From Oscillatoriales cyanobacterium (GTDB taxonomy: Bacteria > Cyanobacteriota > Cyanobacteriia > CACIAM-69d), in NCBI GenBank assembly GCA_004292515.1, contig RDXB01000039.1, forward strand, positions 1,778 to 65,777: a stretch of DNA of 64,000 bases, given 5' to 3'. Position 1 is the first letter of the stretch. Each line of letters opens with the position of its first letter. The notes under the pieces are model-generated. The model did not search any database. It was not told the DNA's origin and saw only the letters and a program-made list of their open reading frames with translations. Made by a program: the position numbers and the translations under genes. Shown here one piece after another: positions 9,064 to 17,034 of the stretch.

Positions 9064-10089
9064 TTAAAAGACGACGGGGCGATCGCGCGGATCGGGGGCG
9101 ATCGGGCTGGATTGGGTCTGCGGGAGATTCAGTAATTGTGACCAGGCAGTGATGATGTCTTGGGCTTGGTTTTCGGGGGAATAGGTCGATCGAATGTAGT
9201 GGGAAGCAGCTTTCACTTGGGCGATCGTTTGGTTGGGGCGCATTGTCCAGTCTTCGATCGCCTGCTCGACGGCTTCCACAAATCCAATGATGTTGCCACG
9301 TTCGATCGGGTAGGAAAACTCAGGTTTGAAAAATTCTCGCCCGCCGCGGCCGTGATAGCCCACCGTTAAACAACCGGCGGCCATAGCTTCAGCGGCGGGC
9401 AATCCGAAGCCTTCAGGATCGCCAAAGCTCATAAAAATTGCCGACTCTCGCATGATTTTGGCGAGTTCGGCTTGGGGTAGATCTAAAACTCGAACGAATT
9501 GAAATCCTTGCAAGCGATTTCGATACCTCAAGATTTGACAAACTTGCTGTAAATCGCTGAGATTCTTACGAGCCAAAAAGCAAATTTGATTGGTTTTCTT
9601 TTGGGGAAAATAAAATAGATCAGGGTTGACGATGCATCGAACTCGGTGAACATTGAGTTCAGGGAAAATGGCTTTTATATAGTTCTGACTGTCTTCAGAA
9701 ACAACCATCACCCCTAGTAAATTGGGGTCGCGATAGGGAAAATACTCTTCATCAAAATTGACTGAAAACTTATCGAAGGTGTAATAGACGTTCTGGTTAA
9801 AGATGACAAACGGTATATTCTTGGGAATACGAGCATATTCGTCTTGCTCATAGATTTCTGGCGTAACAATAATTGTCGAATCATTCACATCAATTTCACC
9901 GGCTTCAACCTGGGTTTGATTTTCAAACCACTGGCAGCGAAATCCTAGGGTTTTGTGCAGAACAGCGGCTGAAAATCCATGTTCATTCAGCACATCCACA
10001 TGGCGATAGATCATTTGGACACCACCTGTAGGCTTGGTGAATTGCCGACAGGGAAACCAGATTTGGTAGTGCGATCGATCTCGGTTCAT
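9064..10089 (-). CDS. GT4 glycosyltransferase resembling the alpha-1,6-glucosyltransferase partner of NGT
   Basis: PTGG...HVDVL, NQNVYYT, FLARK, EGFGLPAAEAMAAGC; AT-richer than the flanking genes. Confidence 0.75.
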   Translation of the reverse strand: MNRDRSHYQIWFPCRQFTKPTGGVQMIYRHVDVLNEHGFSAAVLHKTLGFRCQWFENQTQVEAGEIDVNDSTIIVTPEIYEQDEYARIPKNIPFVIFNQNVYYTFDKFSVNFDEEYFPYRDPNLLGVMVVSEDSQNYIKAIFPELNVHRVRCIVNPDLFYFPQKKTNQICFLARKNLSDLQQVCQILRYRNRLQGFQFVRVLDLPQAELAKIMRESAIFMSFGDPEGFGLPAAEAMAAGCLTVGYHGRGGREFFKPEFSYPIERGNIIGFVEAVEQAIEDWTMRPNQTIAQVKAASHYIRSTYSPENQAQDIITAWSQLLNLPQTQSSPIAPDPRDRPVVF

Positions 10090-10136
10090 TGTCAGATTGT
10101 TTAGCAGGCTATCGTATGGAGAAATTTAAGATCATC

Positions 10137-10165
10137 GTAGGGCTAGGTGTGAAACCTACCCCTGC
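10137..10165 (+). repeat. GTAG-footed REP-like hairpin between the GT41 and GT4 genes
   Basis: GTAGGGCTAGGTGTGAAACCTACCCCTGC. Confidence 0.5.
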
Positions 10166-10179
10166 CAAACTGGTGGGAA

Positions 10180-12036
10180 TCATCCGTAAATCAAGGGTTC
10201 GGGCGGTAGATTTTTGACCCAACGATCGAGTGATCGCGCAAACAAACCCCCCGCCTGCTGGGCGTAGGCAAAACTATTTAAACATAGGGGCGGCCGTTGG
10301 AGTGCAACGGCTAATTGAGCGCGGATCGTGCTGCGAAGCTGTGGATCGGTGGCCAGTTGAACGGCTCGATCGAGGTAGTCGGCTTCCGAGCGAACAATCC
10401 AGCGATCGAGACCCACATCTCGCAAAATGGCAGCTCCTTGGCGCGATCGAAACCAATCACTTTCACGAGCAACGACAGGCAAACCCACCTCGATCGCATC
10501 AACAATTGAGTTAGCACCCGTGAAGGGAAATGAGTCGAGATAAATATCGCTAAGTTTAAGCACTTCCTGCACATCGGCACGACTGGGTAAGGCATCAAAC
10601 ACAATCAATCGGTTGGGATCAACACCGCGATCGCTCAAAGTTGCTCGAAACCGCTGCCAGAATTGTACCTTTGGGTAATTACGCCGCCAACTAGCTCCAA
10701 AGGGACAAAGCAACAACACAGAATTCGACACTCGCTGCAATAATGTGGCCCAGGTTTCTCGCAGTTCGGGAATCGTTTTGTAAAGGTTTGCACCGGAAGT
10801 AAAGGCGACTGTTCCTGGACTTATTCCTAAGTCGGCGCGCGAAATATTTAACCGAGCGGTGGCATTTTCCAAGGAATAGTCAAAACAGTGGGCCGGGCCG
10901 CGAACTAGCATCAGTTGCTCGGTGTATTGGGCGGCCCCGTTGGAGATTTCAGTGAAGGTTCCCGAGAGATAGTAATCCACATGGGTCATACCGCTGGTGA
11001 CTGGAGAAGATACGGAATGAATCTGCACCCGCGCCAACCGATGTGCGCCAATGCTTAAGACCCGATGCAATGAATTTGTGACGATCGTGCCGAGCAGAAT
11101 GACATCGAGATCATCAGCACGAATTTGCTGTACTTGTTCGGCAACGCTACCCGTCAACTGGACAATTCGATCGCCCGATCGTCGCTGCTGATAGTGATCA
11201 AGTAAATCATCACCGAGATTGATCACATAGAGTGTAATTTCAAAGCGATCGCGATCGAGCCATTCAAAGACTGGAAAAGTGGTGAAGGTTTCCGGGTGCG
11301 ATAGATAATTGGTTTTGAGGATGCCGAGGCGAATTTTTGAGCGGTGAACTGGGCGATCTGCAAACTGATAATTAAGCTGATGATCGGCTAAGGTTAGGGC
11401 AAATTCGATGATTTGTGATCGCTGGGCAAAGGTTATGCAAACATTGCGATCGCAAAAATATAGCGGCACTAAATTAACGTTATGACTAAAAACTAAAGCA
11501 GCATTTTGCCACTTTGGAGATTGGGGAGATTGCAGGATTTGGGTATGCAGCTCATCCACTAAAGCAATCATAAAATCGGCATAGCGATCGACTTCGCCAA
11601 CTTCCCGAAAAAAGCAGGGAAACGCCAAGCAATATCGTAAAAAGGGTGCGATCACCCAATCGGGTAAACTCAAGTCTTGGAAGCTTTTAACCCAAGTTTC
11701 CGCACGTTGATACAACATCAGAGCCAAGCATAACGCCAACCGATCGCCCTGGTCAGCCGCTGTCATGGCATCTTGAATGGCGATGACTTGACGCTGTTCA
11801 TCGATCGTTAATGCTTCATAGCCCAAGTTGCTATCGAGTAAGAGTTCTTGGGCGGAGCCAAATCGTTGCCATTGGGTGGCCAGTTGGGTCGCAGGAGTCG
11901 ATCGCCATTGCTCGGCCAACTGCGATCGCAGCGATCGTAGCCGCCCTAAGAGGGTTGGAGAAAAAGGTTGTTGATCCCAAGCAATTAAGGCTCGTTCAAT
12001 CTCTGAGTAAATCGGCTCCACGATCAACATACACAT
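10180..12036 (-). CDS. GT41 glycosyltransferase (OGT/SPINDLY/HMW1C-NGT family) without TPR repeats
   Basis: All-helical N-terminus, then IRADDLDVIL, RLARVQIH..PVTSG..VDY, GANLYK (catalytic Lys), DIYLDSFPFTGANS..DAIEVGLPVV, SRQGAAIL. Confidence 0.8.
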   Translation of the reverse strand: MCMLIVEPIYSEIERALIAWDQQPFSPTLLGRLRSLRSQLAEQWRSTPATQLATQWQRFGSAQELLLDSNLGYEALTIDEQRQVIAIQDAMTAADQGDRLALCLALMLYQRAETWVKSFQDLSLPDWVIAPFLRYCLAFPCFFREVGEVDRYADFMIALVDELHTQILQSPQSPKWQNAALVFSHNVNLVPLYFCDRNVCITFAQRSQIIEFALTLADHQLNYQFADRPVHRSKIRLGILKTNYLSHPETFTTFPVFEWLDRDRFEITLYVINLGDDLLDHYQQRRSGDRIVQLTGSVAEQVQQIRADDLDVILLGTIVTNSLHRVLSIGAHRLARVQIHSVSSPVTSGMTHVDYYLSGTFTEISNGAAQYTEQLMLVRGPAHCFDYSLENATARLNISRADLGISPGTVAFTSGANLYKTIPELRETWATLLQRVSNSVLLLCPFGASWRRNYPKVQFWQRFRATLSDRGVDPNRLIVFDALPSRADVQEVLKLSDIYLDSFPFTGANSIVDAIEVGLPVVARESDWFRSRQGAAILRDVGLDRWIVRSEADYLDRAVQLATDPQLRSTIRAQLAVALQRPPLCLNSFAYAQQAGGLFARSLDRWVKNLPPEPLIYG

Positions 12037-12121
12037 AAAAGATAAGCAAAATTAGCATAAAAATGGGCCAGCGATCGCCAGCCCACTGCTGCATAACATG
12101 ATACTCAGCCAAGAACCCAGC

Positions 12122-13483
12122 TTAAGACTGACCCGGCAACAAAAACCGCACCATCATGTACAAAGAGGCCACCACCAATTGTGCCAACATGACTGGAATT
12201 CCGTATTTCAGAAAGCGGTGAAAAGAAATACTTTTACCATGTATCTCCGCAATTCCAGCCGCCACAATATTGGAAGATGCCCCCACTAATGTGCCATTTC
12301 CTCCCAAGGTTGCGCCATACATCATGGCATAGAACAACGGCATAACTTGTGGTGGAAAACTACCAGCATAATCCTGAGCCAAAATTTCTGGCCCAGCCAG
12401 CCCCACATTCACCACATATTCCTTCAGCAGAGGCACCATCGCCACCACCAAAGGAATATTAGGAACCACACTAGAAATCAAACCAACAAAGAAAATTAAA
12501 ACGATCGCACCCAAAAAGATATTGGTGCCTAAGACAACCCCCAAAACACCCGATAGCGCACTGACAACACCCGTTTTTTGGAGTCCACCAATCAGCACAA
12601 AGATGGACATAAAGAACAGCAAGGTGCTCCAGTCCACATCCCGCAAAATATTGTTGACGGTATCAATTTTGCTGTGATGGGCGAGGAGCAAAGCCAAGGC
12701 AGCACCGAGCAAAGCAACCGCAGCCGGAGAAACTGGTGATGGCAATGCTTCACCAATTACAAAAAACAACAACACAAGCGCAACAATTAGCCCCCCAAAG
12801 ACCAAGGTTCGCGGATGGTTGATTTTGGGATGGGGCAAATCGTCTAGGCTCTTAAGCTCCTTGCGCCATGTATCCCGAAACAGAATGGGCAAGAGCAGCA
12901 GAATCACCCCGATCGCTAAAGCCCCCCCTAGACTCAGCCGACTCAGGTATTCATTGAAGGTTAAGTTGACCGCATCCCCCACAATGTAGGTGGCAGGATC
13001 CCCCACAATGGTCAGCAGTCCTGCACTGTTGGCAACAAACACCATCAAAATCAAAAGCGGCACAAAATCCACGCCCACTTCTTCCGCCAAGGGGGGAATG
13101 AGCGGTGCTAACAGCATGACGGTCGTGGCATTAGGCAAAACTGCACAAATGGGAGTTGTAATACCGACAATTCCCAACAACAAGTTCTTGCCTTTTCCTT
13201 TAGCAAGAATTACCATCTGCGTTGCCAAATATTCAAAGACTTTGGTGGGTTCAAATGCCCGCACCAAAATCATCACACCCAAAAATAATGCCAATGTTCC
13301 ATGACTTTGGCTGATGTAGCCAATCGCTTCCTTCATGGTCATCACATGGGCAAACACCAACACTAATGCACCCAAAAATGCTGCGACCGTGAGGTGAATC
13401 CACTCGGTCATAATGACGAGAATCACGATCGAGAAGACGATCGCCGCAATCCAAGCCTGCATGTTGCCAATTTGTTCTAGCAT
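12122..13483 (-). CDS. ArsB/NhaD/SLC13 (P-protein-like) ion transporter
   Basis: Many TM helices; ANSAGLLTIVGDPAT, DWSTLLFF, GATLGGNGTLVGASSN. ATG at 13483 follows GGAG. Confidence 0.8.
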   Translation of the reverse strand: MLEQIGNMQAWIAAIVFSIVILVIMTEWIHLTVAAFLGALVLVFAHVMTMKEAIGYISQSHGTLALFLGVMILVRAFEPTKVFEYLATQMVILAKGKGKNLLLGIVGITTPICAVLPNATTVMLLAPLIPPLAEEVGVDFVPLLILMVFVANSAGLLTIVGDPATYIVGDAVNLTFNEYLSRLSLGGALAIGVILLLLPILFRDTWRKELKSLDDLPHPKINHPRTLVFGGLIVALVLLFFVIGEALPSPVSPAAVALLGAALALLLAHHSKIDTVNNILRDVDWSTLLFFMSIFVLIGGLQKTGVVSALSGVLGVVLGTNIFLGAIVLIFFVGLISSVVPNIPLVVAMVPLLKEYVVNVGLAGPEILAQDYAGSFPPQVMPLFYAMMYGATLGGNGTLVGASSNIVAAGIAEIHGKSISFHRFLKYGIPVMLAQLVVASLYMMVRFLLPGQS

Positions 13484-13715
13484 CCTGTAATCTCCCTTCC
13501 ATTGGCTGACGAGGTTAGCTGACGGGCTAGGCTTGGAAGTCGCCTTCTTGAGTGACAAGATTCGCCCCGAATAATGCTGGTTCCCCCGCTCGATCGCCTT
13601 GCATCATCAAACTCAGAAACTATATCGCAGCCTCTCAAGCAAGATGAGTATCTGGCTTGACTTGGGAGCTGAATTCTGAAGCCTCGATCAGCACGATCAA
13701 TTAAGCCGTCTACAT

Positions 13716-13762
13716 CATCACTCAATCATCACTCATAGATTAGGCATCACTCACAGATTAGG
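13716..13762. repeat. CATCACTCA x3, with an 18-bp direct repeat CATCACTCA(T/C)AGATTAGG x2
   Basis: Read directly from the sequence, upstream of the transporter. Confidence 0.7.
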
Positions 13763-14179
13763 CGGTGATCATCAACTGTGACCAAAGAATTGACATCAAG
13801 AATCCAATCTGCCTCTTAATCTCAATCCATAGAGCAATCTATGGGGGTGAGTTGACTAAGAAGAAATTGCTTAACCTATGTCAATTGTTCGAGATTTTTG
13901 CACAACCAAAAGGTGTCGAAGCCCACTTGCAACTGATCAACCCTTGATGCTCAAGTATGTTTAACACAACATGATCAATCCAAGTAAAGCCCACATGAAT
14001 CATTCACATTTGAGTTATGCATATGCTGATTGACGCTAACACGGACAACTTGAGATGGTCAATCAATGGGCGATCGCCTGAGACTCAACTCTAGGTACGA
14101 TTCCCAAGTTCCGGTACTGTAAATGCAGTAAGCAAAACGCAAGTAAATCCAGTTACCCGATCGCGTTCAACCCCGAGCA

Positions 14180-15157
14180 ATGGATATCAAAAACGGATTC
14201 GTTGGGACAGTTGGGAACACGCCCCTAATTCGGCTCAACAGCTTTAGTGACGCAACGGGCTGCGAAATTCTCGGTAAAGCTGAATTTCTAAACCCAGGTG
14301 GCTCTGTCAAAGACCGCGCCGCCCTCTACATCATTGAAGATGCGGAACGCCGCGGCCTGCTGAAACCCGGCGGCACGGTGGTGGAAGGCACAGCGGGCAA
14401 CACGGGCATTGGCTTGGCCCACATCTGTAACGCTAAGGGCTACAAGTGCCTAATCGTGATTCCTGATACCCAATCCCAGGAAAAAATCGACCTGTTGCGG
14501 GCGCTGGGGGCGGAGGTGAAGACCGTGCCTGCGGTTCCCTACCGTGATCCAAATAATTATGTGAAGTTGTCGGGACGCTTGGCGGCGGAGACCCCGAATG
14601 CGATTTGGGCGAACCAGTTTGACAACTTGGCCAATCGCCAATCCCATTACGAAACGACGGGGCCGGAAATTTGGGCCCAAACTGATGGCACGGTGGATGC
14701 TTGGGTGGCAGCCACGGGCACGGGCGGAACCTACGCGGGGGTGGCGATGTTCCTGAAGGAAAAAAATCCCCAAGCGCAAATGGTGCTGGCGGATCCGATG
14801 GGCAGTGCGCTCTACAGCTACGCCAAGACGGGGGAGCTGACGATGGAGGGCAGCTCGATTACGGAGGGCATTGGCAACTCGCGGGTGACGGCGAATATGG
14901 AGGGTGTGCCGATCGATGATGCGATTTGGGTGGCTGACCCGGAGGCGTTGGCGGTGCTGGCTCAGTTGATGAGACAGGAGGGGCTGTTTATGGGTGGCTC
15001 CGTGGGCATCAATGTGGGGGCGGCGGTGAAGCTGGCGCAGAAACTGGGGCCGGGCCACACGATCGTCACGGTGCTGTGTGATGGTGGGTCGCGCTATCAG
15101 TCACGGCTGTATAACGCGGAGTGGCTGGCCAGTAAGGGGCTGGTGATGCCGAATTAG
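14180..15157 (+). CDS. cysK: Cysteine synthase A
   Basis: NPGGSVKDRAA (PLP lysine), EGTAGNTGIG, GTGGT. Confidence 0.92.
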   Translation: MDIKNGFVGTVGNTPLIRLNSFSDATGCEILGKAEFLNPGGSVKDRAALYIIEDAERRGLLKPGGTVVEGTAGNTGIGLAHICNAKGYKCLIVIPDTQSQEKIDLLRALGAEVKTVPAVPYRDPNNYVKLSGRLAAETPNAIWANQFDNLANRQSHYETTGPEIWAQTDGTVDAWVAATGTGGTYAGVAMFLKEKNPQAQMVLADPMGSALYSYAKTGELTMEGSSITEGIGNSRVTANMEGVPIDDAIWVADPEALAVLAQLMRQEGLFMGGSVGINVGAAVKLAQKLGPGHTIVTVLCDGGSRYQSRLYNAEWLASKGLVMPN

Positions 15158-15178
15158 TTTGGGTTAGATCGCGCGTAT

Positions 15179-15253
15179 CGGAGGGCGCAAGGCGTTGTGC
15201 TTAGTCCTGCCTGAGTCGATCGAACCGGAGGGCGCAAGGCGTTGCGCCCCTAC
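15179..15253 (-). repeat. GTAG-footed REP-like tandem (GTAGGGGCGCAACGCCTTGCGCCCTCCGG, 2 copies)
   Basis: 15216-15253 is the exact reverse complement of 16013-16050. Confidence 0.85.
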
Positions 15254-15392
15254 GGAGGGGGTGGGGTCGATCGCCCGGTCAATGGGTGACGATCGGTGGT
15301 GCGTACCCGGCGCGGTAGGATAGGGAGTCGCAATTTTTGTGGCTATTCGTTTGCTTCGTCCTGTCGCTCCATCTATCGTTCCATCCGCCGCC

Positions 15393-15995
15393 ATGACCGT
15401 TACCGCTGGGAATTGGGCCGCCACTGCCGGTGAGGCTGAATTGCGCGATCGCCTGTTGGATTTGCTGTGCGATCGCGCCTATCGGGAAGGGGATTTCACC
15501 CTGTCTTCGGGCCAAAAAAGCACCTACTACATCAACTGCAAGCCGGTGACGCTGCATCCCGAGGGGGCGTTGGCCCTGGGACGGTTGCTGTTGGGCCAAG
15601 TGCCGATCGGGGCGGCGGCGGTGGCTGGGTTGACCCTGGGGGCTGACCCGTTGGTGTCGGCGGTGGGTGTGGTGTCGGCGCTGGAAAACCGCCCGATCGC
15701 CGCCCTGATCATCCGCAAGGAAGCGAAGGGCCACGGCACGATGGCCTACATTGAGGGGCCGGCCCTGGAACCGGGTTCCGAAGTGGTGGTGCTTGAAGAT
15801 GTGGTGACGACGGGCGGCTCGGCCCTGAAGGCGGTCGATCGCCTGCGGGAAGCGGGCTACCGGGTCGATCGGGTGGTGGCGATCGTCGATCGTCAACAGG
15901 GCGGCGCGGAACTCTACGCGCAACATGATTTGGCTTTTGAGGCGCTGTTCTCGATCTCCGATGTGCAGGCCCACTACGCGGCGCGATCGGCCTAA
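15393..15995 (+). CDS. pyrE: Orotate phosphoribosyltransferase
   Basis: FTLSSGQKSTYYINCK, IRKEAKGHG, VVVLEDVVTTGGS PRPP-binding motif. Confidence 0.93.
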   Translation: MTVTAGNWAATAGEAELRDRLLDLLCDRAYREGDFTLSSGQKSTYYINCKPVTLHPEGALALGRLLLGQVPIGAAAVAGLTLGADPLVSAVGVVSALENRPIAALIIRKEAKGHGTMAYIEGPALEPGSEVVVLEDVVTTGGSALKAVDRLREAGYRVDRVVAIVDRQQGGAELYAQHDLAFEALFSISDVQAHYAARSA

Positions 15996-16012
15996 CCCTA
16001 ACCGTCATTCCC

Positions 16013-16129
16013 GTAGGGGCGCAACGCCTTGCGCCCTCCGGTTCGATCGATCCAGGCGAGACACAACGCCTTGCGCCCTCCGGTTCGATCGATTTGGGCA
16101 GGCCTGGGCGCACGGCGGTGCGCCCCTAC
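16013..16129 (+). repeat. REPIN-like cluster: two direct REP copies plus one inverted copy
   Basis: GTAGGGGCGCAACGCCTTGCGCCC ... GGGCGCACGGCGGTGCGCCCCTAC. Confidence 0.8.
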
Positions 16130-16177
16130 CATGTCCAAAATTTATTGTCTTAAATCTGTTTTTGGGAGTTTATAACC

Positions 16178-16927
16178 GTGACTGGAACCCGCCTGCAAAA
16201 CCAAGTGGCTGTTGTGACCGGGGCTTCTCGGGGGATTGGCCGCGCCGCTGCCCTCGCTCTGGCTGCCGAAGGGGCCAAGGTGGTAGTGAACTACGCGGCC
16301 TCCAGCGGGGCTGCCGAAAGCTTGGTGGCGGAAATTACCGGGAACGGGGGCGAGGCGATCGCCGTGAAAGCTGACATGTCCAAGCCCGACGAGGTGGACG
16401 CGCTGTTGCAAGCCACCTTGGACCAATGGGGTCGGGTGGATGTGTGGGTGAACAATGCCGGGATCACCCGCGACACGCTGTTGCTGCGGATGAAGCTGGA
16501 AGACTGGCAGGCGGTGATTGACCTGAACCTGACCGGCGTGTTTTTGGGCACGAAGGCGGTTAGCAAGGTGATGCTGAAGCAAAAGTCCGGCCGGATCATC
16601 AACATCGCGTCCGTGGCGGGGCAAATGGGCAACCCAGGCCAAGCCAACTACAGCGCGGCAAAGGCGGGTGTGATTGGCTTCACGAAGACGGTGGCCAAGG
16701 AATTGGCGGCGCGGGGGATTACGGTGAACGCGATCGCTCCCGGTTTCATCAGCACGGACATGACCGAAGGCCTAGACAGCGATGGCATCCTGAAGGCGAT
16801 TCCGTTGGGTCGCTACGGCAAACCCGAGGAAATCGCGGGCACGGTGGCCTTTTTGGCGGCTGACCCGGCGGCGGCCTACATCACGGGCCAAACGATCAAC
16901 GTCGATGGCGGCATGGTGATGGCCTAG
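16178..16927 (+). CDS. fabG: 3-oxoacyl-ACP reductase
   Basis: TGASRGIG, NNAGITRD, YSAAK, NAIAPGFI, GQTINVDGG. Confidence 0.93.
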   Translation: MTGTRLQNQVAVVTGASRGIGRAAALALAAEGAKVVVNYAASSGAAESLVAEITGNGGEAIAVKADMSKPDEVDALLQATLDQWGRVDVWVNNAGITRDTLLLRMKLEDWQAVIDLNLTGVFLGTKAVSKVMLKQKSGRIINIASVAGQMGNPGQANYSAAKAGVIGFTKTVAKELAARGITVNAIAPGFISTDMTEGLDSDGILKAIPLGRYGKPEEIAGTVAFLAADPAAAYITGQTINVDGGMVMA

Positions 16928-16954
16928 GGGCGATCGCCTACCAGCCATTGCAGA

Positions 16955-16974
16955 CAAGGGGCTTAAGCCCCTTG
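16955..16974. repeat. 20-bp perfect palindrome CAAGGGGCTTAAGCCCCTTG
   Basis: Identical copies at 18900, 28077, 30564, 49019 and 55981. Confidence 0.9.
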
Positions 16975-17034
16975 TTCCCCCCGACGACTGCGATTCAGCA
17001 GCTAGCGAGTCGGGCAGTCAGCTTTGGAGCACCT

